The notes under the pieces are model-generated. The model was not told the DNA's origin, did no database searches, and saw nothing but the letters and a program-made list of their open reading frames with translations. A program made the translations under genes and the position numbers. Positions 1 through 10,400 of a stretch of DNA of 64,000 nucleotides are shown piece after piece. Where the stretch lies: contig OZ024740.1 of assembly GCA_964016885.1 (NCBI GenBank), positions 103,912,001 to 103,976,000 of the forward strand, written 5' to 3'. The stretch comes from Eledone cirrhosa. Lineage: Eukaryota. The number at the start of each line of letters is the position of its first letter. Positions within the stretch are counted from its first letter, which is position 1.

Positions 1-786
1 AAACGAACTAAGGAAAAAATTAGAAATAAGAGGATCAGATGTTGTTTACTCGAGAGAAGGCTACGTTGGTACGGTCACGTGATGCGCATGAAAGACGACA
101 GCTGTATAATAAAGTGCAGGGCAATAAAGATAGACGGTAGCCACGGAGTAGGCAGACCCAGAAAAACATGGGACGAGCTGATAAATTCCGACCTCACACG
201 CTTACACCTCTCCAAGACAATGTCACTGGACCGAGACCTTTGGCAGTACTCAGTAATAGAGAAGACCCGCCTTACCTAAATACAAAGTAAAAACCTACTA
301 CAGTCAGTAGGCATCTCTATCAAAACACCCCCCCGTCCCACCACCGCCACCCCATCCACACCGCCCCTTTCAATGTAAAGTTATGTTGGTCCCACAACAT
401 CCAGGCCGAAACAAATGAGATCGTGTAGGTGTCATGATAAAAAAACACACAGTCCACGCTGTAAATGTGGCCGTGTAGGCAACACGGTAAAAACCTCCCA
501 GCCCCACACTGTAAATGTGGTTGGTGTTAGGAAGGGCATCCAGCTGTAGAAAACCCGCCAGACAGTCCACGCTGTAATGTGGCCGTGTAGGCAACACGGT
601 AAAAACCTCCCAGCCCCACACTGTAAATGTGGTTGGTGTTAGGAAGGGCATCCAACTGTAGAAAACCCGCCAGACAGTCCTATGCGAGCAAGACAACCAC
701 TCTTGCCTCAAGTGGGAAAACCCCCGTCCAAACCCATGCAAGCGTGGAACACGGACGCTAAACCTGATGATGATGATGATGATGAT
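1..786 (+). mobile_element. RTE-clade LINE 3' end (ORF C-terminus, long 3' UTR, (TGA)n tail)
   Basis: [11 protein letters not shown]...GRPRKTW motif, stop at 279, tail at 765-786. Near-identical to the reverse complement of 52421-53070. Confidence 0.9.
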
Positions 787-798
787 ACATATATATAT

Positions 799-839
<41 letters not shown>

Positions 840-930
840 TATATATATACATATACATATATATATATATACATATATATACACATATATATATATACAT
901 ATACACATATATATATATACATATACATAC

Positions 931-961
<31 letters not shown>

Positions 962-1086
962 CATATATATACACATATATATATATACATATATATATAC
1001 ACATATATATATACACATATATATATATACATATATATATATACATATATATATATACACATATATATATATACATATATATATAC

Positions 1087-1119
<33 letters not shown>

Positions 1120-1120
1120 C

Positions 1121-1151
<31 letters not shown>

Positions 1152-1166
1152 CATATATATATACAC

Positions 1167-1201
<35 letters not shown>

Positions 1202-1228
1202 CATATATATATACACATATATATACAC

Positions 1229-1259
<31 letters not shown>

Positions 1260-1288
1260 TATATATATATACATATATATATACACAC

Positions 1289-1337
<49 letters not shown>

Positions 1338-1378
1338 TATATATATATATACACACATATATATATATACATATATAT

Positions 1379-1428
<50 letters not shown>

Positions 1429-1462
1429 CTATATATATATATACACATATATATATATATAT

Positions 1463-1512
<50 letters not shown>

Positions 1513-1571
1513 CTATATATATATATACACATATATATATATATATACACATATATATATATATATACACA

Positions 1572-1621
<50 letters not shown>

Positions 1622-1623
1622 CA
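787..1623. repeat. (TA)n microsatellite with CA interruptions
   Basis: Direct inspection. Confidence 0.98.
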
Positions 1624-2312
1624 TTATGAAGAGAGAAGAAACATTTAGATATAATTAGTAATAAAATGTATCATACCTAAACTGTTCGTAAATTCCTCGA
1701 CTACGTAGTTTCGTGGCATAAACAAAAACAATATATCAAAGATATAGAGTCCCTGCGAGGTCTGCCGACTTATCAAGAGGATACCTCATTTTACTAGTCT
1801 CAAGAACGCGTCTACACGACGTGAGAAAGAATCCCAAAAGGCGGAGGGGGAGATAGTCACGCGATATAACGGTCGAGAAACAGAGCTAAGCCTCTTATAA
1901 CCACAAAAAAAATACCACGGAGGCGGAGGGGGTATTCATATCGAGGCCGTAGAAGAGGTAGTGAAGAAGGCGAGAAGTATGAGTAATGGAAGCTTTCCAG
2001 TTGTCCCCACACTTCAAAGATTGCTCGACCAGAGGGAGTTATTAATACATTTAGAAACACACAGATACATGCGGACACACACATATATACATGAATGCAT
2101 CCGCACCCAACTGTGAGTTAAGGGTGCCAACTTCACCGATGTTGCTCAATGAATGACTGGGACAGACCAATTCAGTTTGAACCAGACTGAACCAGTATCA
2201 GAGTTAAAAATACATTATGAAGAGAGAAGAAACATTTAGATATAATTAGTAATAAAATGTATCATACCTAAACTGTTCCTAAATACATGTATCTGTGTGT
2301 TTCTAAATGTAT
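1619..2312 (-). mobile_element. Non-coding hammerhead-bearing element (PLE-pLTR/retrozyme-like), 591-bp period
   Basis: 69-bp direct repeats 1619-1687 and 2210-2278, a 27-bp inverted copy (2045-2071 vs 2286-2312), a hammerhead at 1694-1781, and (TA)n flanks. Confidence 0.7.
1694..1781 (-). ncRNA. Type I hammerhead ribozyme, U3-A8 core variant
   Basis: Minus strand: TCCTC-TTGATAA-GTCGGCA...TGCCAC-GAAA-CTACGTAG-TC-GAGGA. Stem I TCCTC/GAGGA, palindromic stem III, GUC triplet. Confidence 0.75.
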
Positions 2313-2315
2313 ATA

Positions 2316-2369
<54 letters not shown>

Positions 2370-2386
2370 TATATATATATATACAC

Positions 2387-2417
<31 letters not shown>

Positions 2418-2448
2418 CACATATATATATATATATGTATATATATAT

Positions 2449-2515
<67 letters not shown>

Positions 2516-2592
2516 CATACATACATATATATACACATATATAAAATAAAGTTAAATAAAAGTCAAATGATTAAAATTTAGCTTCGTTTATT

Positions 2593-2647
2593 ACTGCTAT
2601 ATATATTTCAGTGACAGCCATCTTTGGCTGTGACCTCTTCAGGCAGT
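2593..2647 (-). ncRNA. Minimal type I hammerhead ribozyme (mirror copy)
   Basis: Exact reverse complement of 2740-2794. Confidence 0.85.
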
Positions 2648-2739
2648 TTGAATTAGTATGGTATAGACAAGTACATATGTTGTTTAGGTGTATGATATTC
2701 TAAACAACATATGTACTTGTCTATACCATACTAATTCAA

Positions 2740-2794
2740 ACTGCCTGAAGAGGTCACAGCCAAAGATGGCTGTCACTGAAATATATATAGCAGT
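2740..2794 (+). ncRNA. Minimal type I hammerhead ribozyme
   Basis: ACTGC-CTGAAGA-GGTCACAGCCA-aaga-TGGCTGTCACT-GAAA-TATATA-TA-GCAGT. Confidence 0.85.
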
Positions 2795-2995
2795 AATAAA
2801 CGAAGCTAAATTTTAATCATTTGACTTTTATTTAACTTTATTTTACACTACTCCGGAGTAACCAAACCAACCTGCGCACTTCGTCGAGTGCTCCAGCCTG
2901 CATACTGAGGTGTTGGTATACAACCAACATTAACTCAAAATATATACACATATATATATATATATATACATATACATACATATATATATCCACAT

Positions 2996-3069
<74 letters not shown>

Positions 3070-3267
3070 ATATATATATATACAGATACATATATATATA
3101 CACATACATACATACATATATATATATACACATACATACATATATATATATATACACATACATACATATATACATATACACATACATACATACATATACA
3201 CATACATACATATACATACATACACATACATACATATATATATATATAGTAATAGTAATATACATGA

Positions 3268-3934
3268 ACGGCAAAGTATAAATGAACTAAGGGAGAAATT
3301 AGGAATAAGAGGAATCAGATGTTGTTTACTCGAGAGAAGACTACGTTGGTATGGTCACGTGATGCGCATGAAAGACGACAGCTGTATAAAAAAGTGCAAG
3401 GCGATAAAAATAGAGGGTAGCCACGAAGTAGGCAGACACAGAAAAACCTGGGACGACTTGATAAATTCCGACCTCACACACTTACACCTCTCCAAGAAAA
3501 TGTCACTGGACCGAGATTTTTGGCGCTACACAGTAATACAGAAGACCCGCCTTACCTAAGTACAAAGCGAAACCTACAGTCAGTAGGCACCTCTAACAAA
3601 AATACACCCCGACCCACTACTCCCACCCCATCCACACCACCCCTTTCAATGTAAAGTTATGTTGGTACCACAACATCCAGTCCGAAACAAATGAGGTCGT
3701 GTAGGTGTCACGAAAAAAAAAAAACACAGTCCACGCTGTAATGTGGCCATGTAGGTAACACGGTAAAAACCTCCCAGTCCACACTGTAAACATGGTTGGT
3801 GTTAGGAAGGGCATCCAGCCGTAGAAAACCCGCCAGTCCTATACGAGCAAGACAACCAATCTTGCCTCAAGTGGGAAAATTCCCATCGAAACCCATGTAA
3901 GCGTGGAAGATGGACGTTAAACGATGATGATGAT
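3268..3934 (+). mobile_element. RTE-clade LINE 3' fragment
   Basis: [29 protein letters not shown] motif, 3' UTR homologous to 280-786, (GAT)n tail. Confidence 0.9.
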
Positions 3935-4003
3935 ATATATAAACATACATACATTCATATATATATATAGTGGTAGAACACTCAGTCTATGGGACGAGTT
4001 AGA

Positions 4004-4164
4004 TAGAAGTGGTTACACAACAGTTAGTTCACCATACCGAGAACAATTTTTTCACCTTAGCGGATCCTCAGCTCGTAACCGTAAAAAGATTACGAGCTGA
4101 GGATCCGCTAATATGAAACAATTGTTCTCGGTATGGTGAACTAACTGTTGTGTAACCATTTCTA
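4004..4164. repeat. Inverted repeat, 75-bp arms and 11-bp spacer, one hammerhead per arm
   Basis: 4004-4078 vs 4090-4164, with few mismatches. Confidence 0.92.
4093..4130 (+). ncRNA. Minimal type I hammerhead ribozyme (stem II damaged); mirror copy at 4038-4075 on minus strand
   Basis: CGAG-CTGAGGA-TCCGCTAATAT-GAAA-CAATTG-TT-CTCG. The mirror reads CGAG-CTGAGGA-TCCGCTAAGGT-GAAA-AAATTG-TT-CTCG. Confidence 0.75.
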
Positions 4165-4763
4165 CACACACATATATATATATATATATACATACACACA
4201 CACATACATATGTATATATATACACACACACATACATACGTATATATATATACACACAAACACACGTAAGTATATATATACACACACACACACACATACA
4301 TATGTATATATATACACACACACACGTATATATATACACACACACACATACATCTATATACACACGCACATACATATGTATATATATATACACACACACA
4401 CACATACGTATATATATATGCACACACACACGTATGTATATATATATATACACACACATACATATGTATATATATACACACACGTACATATATATATACA
4501 CACATACGTACGTATATATACACACACACACACATATGTATATATACACACACATACATATGTATATATATACACACACATACATATGCATATATATACA
4601 CATACATATGTATATATATACACACACACACATGTATATATACACACACATACATATGTATATATATACACACACATACATATGCATATATATACACATA
4701 CATATGTATATATATACACACACACACATATGCATATATATACACATACATATGTATATATAT

Positions 4764-4806
<43 letters not shown>

Positions 4807-4973
4807 TATATATACACACACATATATACACACACACATACATATGTATATATACACACAGATACATATGTATATATATACACACACATACATATGTATA
4901 TATATACACACATGCATACATACGTATATATACACACACGCATACATACGTATATATATACACACACACATAC

Positions 4974-5014
<41 letters not shown>

Positions 5015-5818
5015 CACACACACATACGTATGTATATATATACACACACACATACGTATGTATATATATATATACACACACACACATACGTATGTATATA
5101 TATACACACACATACGTACGTATATATACGCATACATACATATATATATACACATGCACATACATATATACACACACACACATGTATATATACACACACA
5201 CACACACATACATACATGAGTATATATATACACACACATACATACATATGTATATATATACACACACATACATACATACGTATATATATACACACACATA
5301 CATACATATGTATATATATACACACACATGTATATATATATACACACACATGTATATACACACACGTACACGTATGTATATATATATACACACACATGAT
5401 GATGATGACACATACACACACGTATATATATACACACACACACATATGTATATATATATACACACACACACATGTATACACACACACATGTATATATACA
5501 CACGTATACACACGTATATATATACACACACACACGTATATATACACACACCAACACATACGTATGTACACACACGCACACGTATATAGACACACACACA
5601 CACACGTCTATATACACACACAGACGTATATACACACAGACACGTATATATACACACACACACATACGTATATACACACACACACACGTATATATATATA
5701 TACACACACACATATATATACACACACGTATATATACACACACACGCACGTATATACACACACACACGTATACACACACACACACATATATACACACACA
5801 CACACACACATATATATA
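4165..5818. repeat. Compound (TA)n/(CA)n/(CGTA) microsatellite array
   Basis: Direct inspection. Confidence 0.97.
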
Positions 5819-6655
5819 CAGGGTGCGGACGATATTTGTTCGCAATATTCAACTGCTAATTTTATGCAAATTTTTTTTACTTGTCACTCTTGTCTTTATA
5901 AAAACAGTGACTATATTTCCATTATTTATTTTCAGAATAATTGATTATGAATAATTTTGAACCTCCAAATTTGGAATCCGCACCGGGAGGACAAATAAGG
6001 AAATTTCAAACTTTCTCAGTGTCAGCAGGAGAATGGTGGAAAAGGTCTGAAAGGAATTGGAAGATTCAGGATTCGACTACGAAGCAACATCAGAGAGGAA
6101 AACACATGATCGACGATATGATGCCTTCAGAACGCCCAAGTTCTTCCCTGAGGGCTTCAAGCTGAATACCGATGGCTACATCCGCGTTCTGAGCGAGGTA
6201 GTAAAGCCCTGGATTGACCAGGTAGCTGCAGGTAGGCCGTACGTGTGGCAGCAAGACTCAGCGCCCTGCCATACCAGCTGAAAGACCCAAGCCTGGCTGT
6301 CAGAGAACTTCGTCGACCACACTTCACCTGACATCTGGCTTCCCAGCTCGCCTGACTGCAACCCCCTCGACTTCTTTGTGTGGGGCGCAGTGGAACGAGA
6401 CACCAACAGATCTAGCTGCAATACCAAAGACGATCTGAAGGCCTGGATCACAAGTGCCTTTAGGGTCCTAAGTCGGGGGACAGTGACGAAGGCCTGTAGC
6501 TGGTTCCGAGGCCGCCAATGGCGGGTTTATCGAGTGAGATCGAAAGAACAAGTCATGAAGACAAACTGAGCCAAGTTTGATAAATAAATCTTAAAAAATA
6601 AAACTACTGTGTTATTTTTTTCTAGACAGTAATCTTGCGAACAAATATCGTCGGC

Positions 6656-6661
<6 letters not shown>
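5819..6661 (+). mobile_element. Internally deleted Tc1/mariner DNA transposon, DD37D (maT) type
   Basis: About 30-bp TIRs (agggtgcggacgatatttgttcgcaatatt / aatcttgcgaacaaatatcgtcggcaccct) in TA context. Transposase remnant WQQDSAPCHTS*...WLPSSPDCNPLDFFVWG has 37 residues between the last two Asp and an in-frame stop. Confidence 0.88.
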
Positions 6662-6714
<53 letters not shown>

Positions 6715-6719
<5 letters not shown>

Positions 6720-7643
6720 GAATTCATAGAGAAAGGTAGCCACACTCATATATGTATCTGTGACTATGTCTAAATATATACATATATCCCTATGAATTCA
6801 TTATATACTCCCGTTCGGTAGAGTAAACATTAGGCAGTATCTGACTGCTTATAGCTCCATTTAAATGATTATTTATCTTGTTGATTTCTACTGACTAGGG
6901 TGAAGAAAGTTTAGATATATTTTATCTAATAATTTTTCAAATCTGCAATTTTATATATAGCTCTGATTAATAATTATTTGCTTAATTAAATTTTCCATTG
7001 AGCCACACCGTGAAAGGTAGCCACACTCATATATGTGACTATGTCTAAATATATACGTATATCCCTATGAATTCATTATATACTCCCATTCGGTAGAGTA
7101 AACATTAGGCAGTATATGACTGCTCTTTCTAGCAGCCAGTCTACCTGCCACTTGGCCACCATTTGCAACCTTCTACTTTGACCACTAGCCATGTGATGAT
7201 TCTTAGCTTTGAATTCATTTCTGGCAGCAATCACTGGGGAAATTTTAGTCCAAACCTGAGGGTGTCTCTTGATAAGCTCAAAGCCTCATGGATAATACCA
7301 AGATTGGACATATCCACAAAGTACGAGTGAAACTATCGATAGTTGGGACTAGATGAATTTTGGTAAAGTTTATATGCATTTTTTCTTCTAACTTATATTT
7401 TAGACTTAGTTCCATTTAATTGATTATTTGTCTAGTTAATTTCTACGAGCTAAGAGGAAAGGCTGGATAAATTTTATCTGACTGTTCCTCGCAGAAAATG
7501 GTCTGTATCATTTGTCTATTTCTTCAAAGTTACATTTTAAACTTATAGCTCCGTTTAAATGATTATTTATTTAGTTGATTTCTACGGACTAGGGTGAAGA
7601 AAGATTGGATATATTTTATCTAATAAAACTTCAAACTTGCAAT

Positions 7644-7650
<7 letters not shown>
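6715..7650 (+). mobile_element. Non-coding hammerhead-bearing partial-tandem element, ~694-bp period
   Basis: Block A (~6733-6849) repeats at ~7012-7124 and block B (~6848-6955) repeats at ~7542-7650. Short inverted 5' piece, hammerhead at 7264-7349, (TA)n flanks. Confidence 0.7.
7264..7349 (+). ncRNA. Type I hammerhead ribozyme, U3-A8 core variant
   Basis: GTCTC-TTGATAA-GCTC...GAGT-GAAA-CTATCGATAG-TT-GGGAC. Stem I GTCTC/GGGAC, stem II GCTC/GAGT, palindromic stem III. Confidence 0.75.
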
Positions 7651-7677
<27 letters not shown>

Positions 7678-7679
7678 CA

Positions 7680-8345
7680 AACATGGCCGCCACTAACACC
7701 GGGCCAGGTGTCACACCGACAGCCATTGCTGACACCCCAAATGTCACACCAGTGCTGCTGCTGAATGTCAGAGGCCTGGTGAAACTCACTAACATGAGTA
7801 AAATTTCCTACCTGGGAGACTTAGCCATAAGCAATCAAACATTATGCATGGCACTAACCGAAACGCACCTGACAAGCAGTATAGCAGATGCGGAAATACA
7901 TATACCAAAATATAGTGTATTTCGTTCGGACAGGAAGGAGAGAACTCATGGAGGGGTTTGCTCTGTATATCCGTGAAGATGTCACACCAATTGTATTGTT
8001 GACTCATTCAAACTCAGTCTGTGACATACTGATAGTACATATGAAGCAACTAAAGATGGTAATATGTGTCACATATCGGCCACCCGATGCCCCCCAGTCA
8101 TGAGGGTAAATTTGAGGATAGCCTCAGTAGGATAGAAGAGGTCCTTGACAAACTGGACCAGGGTCTTGACATTCTACTGCTGAGAGACTTCAACCTGCCA
8201 AATGACCACCTCCTCCCTGGAATGCCATCAATAGAACAGAGAGAGTCCCCGCTGGCCCTCACACACAGGCTGTACTTCCTCCAACAAGAGGCGAGAATAT
8301 CCTAGATCTGTTTTACAAACAACGCAGTGCTCATCCTTCATACGT
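7680..8345 (+). mobile_element. CR1/L2-group LINE, AP-endonuclease fragment (frameshifted)
   Basis: LLLNVRGL, ALTETHL, YSVFRSDR..GGV, YRPP and DFNLP motifs. Confidence 0.8.
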
Positions 8346-10089
8346 CATCATTCATGTGTGTATATATATGTATGTGTGTGTATATATATATATGTGTGTG
8401 TGTGTATATATATATGTGTGTGTGTGTGTATATATAAATTCGTTAAACACTGCTCTTGGTTAGTATGCTAACAAAGTAATCAGTTATAGAGAATAGCTGA
8501 TAAAGTATTGCTGATAGATATAAAAAGGGTGTGTCAGTGTGTGTGAAAATGTCAACATGACATAGTTTGATAACATCTAAATCTATTTATACTAGCAAAT
8601 ACTCCCCCACCCTACACACACACACAGTATTAATACTGTAAATATTAAGAAAGTAATATGGTAAAAAGCTAATGTAGCTTCCTAATGTTTATCTTCCAAC
8701 ATGAAACATTTTTTACAGAGTAAGTAAACCAAACCATAAAGGACCTGAGCTGGCACAAGTCATGGAGCAGCCACGAACTGTTTTATTTTAATGTTTGATC
8801 AAGTTCAGTCGTAGAAAATCTAGAAAATAAATTAGTCTGAGCTTCTTCCAATTATTTCTCGAATTACTTGGCTACTTGTATATCAATTGGTTTTAATGTT
8901 TGATAGTTTTCTAGTTCTAAAGAATACTACATAGGGAAAATCACAAGATATCGAAATGTGAAGGTATATATGATTTACAAGGATTTCAAGACCACTACTT
9001 GGAAGAGAGAGGGAATAAACAACTTGATTAAGCATAAAAAAATCTTATGTATTTGGCAGTTATTAGCTGTAAATCCTCATCACACACACTCTCTCTCACA
9101 ATGGGCCACAGAAAATCATTATTCCTCATATCATTTTGATTGTTGAAATCAAGCAGTTGCTTTAGACTGATGAGAAAATGTTACAGCATGAACATAACTG
9201 TACTAGTTTTAAGTTATTTAAACTAGCTTGAATGTGATAAATCTAAAAGAAAAGACAAAAATAAAATATCTTATTACATCATGTAACATTAATCAAAATA
9301 TATAATCACTTAGCAATGATTTTCATAGAAATTAAATGCTTTTCACTAAATCTATTGACATCATCTTGAAATTGTGGATGAAATGATAATATCTTAGAGA
9401 AGGTGTTGTCATATGTAATAAATATAACAGTGAAGTTAATTCAATTTGGAAACTTTTGCTTTGAATTTTTTTTCTATGATCAACAATGAAAGTTATTAAC
9501 AAGCATGATAGATCTATTAGCTAGAATTATAGCTATTCTAAAAGTAATATATAATCTTATTTATTTTTAACTAATACATAGCATACAACCCTTAAGCTTG
9601 AGAAGATTATCATTATTATTATTTAAAATGTCAGTTGTTCCACATTGAGAAAGGATCTGCAGCACAGAAAGGTTATCTTAGTACATTTTGATATTATGCT
9701 ATTTTGATTATGACACTCAATATTCACATGTGACATCAAAGATATCTTGCTTTCTGGGTCTTCTTTATCCTATCTTTCACCATTTTTCACCTAAGACATA
9801 GCAGTGAATACCATCGTTAGTCTATACTTCTTCCGCACGGCATTGATCAGTGTTTTTGATGTTCACTTATTTAATTCACTTATGATTAACATTTCTCATA
9901 AGTGAATATCTTGTAAGTAATAGTGAATAATAAACCCATTCCTTTTTGATTATTGTAAATCCTCTACAGATATTGTTTATGTATTCTTATTACACAGCAC
10001 CATACATTACATATAGTCCACTAAATTCACTGACTATAATTCACTATAAAGTATCATCATGCATCTTACACTTACCACATATCCTAAGC

Positions 10090-10400
10090 CTCATTTGGTC
10101 ATAAATGACATTGGATTTGCAATTAGAAAGTTCTCCTGTAAGGCACAAGCCCAAGCAGTCACTTGTGCATACCAGTCTTTTCCCTCTATGCCACTAATGT
10201 TGTCAAACAGAAAAGCAAAGGCCAATACAGCTTGGCACCAGTGATGGCATAACTCCTTTTTTCCAGCTGTGTGCACAGGAGCAATGCGAAATAAAGTGTC
10301 CCATTCAAGGACACAATGCGCTACCTGGTCCAAGAATCGAACTTACCACTTCATAATTGTAGGCCCAACATTCTAGCTGCTAAATCATGCACCTTCACAT
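10090..10400 (-). mobile_element. tRNA-head SINE (degenerate)
   Basis: Shares the gagcaatgcgaaataaagtgtc...caagg core with 31615-31862 and 40367-40745. Confidence 0.6.

Larger units (their letters stand above)
2542..2845. repeat. Perfect inverted repeat, 146-bp arms and 12-bp spacer, one hammerhead per arm
   Basis: 2542-2687 is the reverse complement of 2700-2845; spacer gtgtatgatatt. Confidence 0.95.

Noticed and set aside
370-5954. Long ORFs rich in Y/I/H/T/C/V (up to 598 aa)
   Set aside because: Stop-free translations of (TA)n/(CA)n microsatellites in all frames; not genes.
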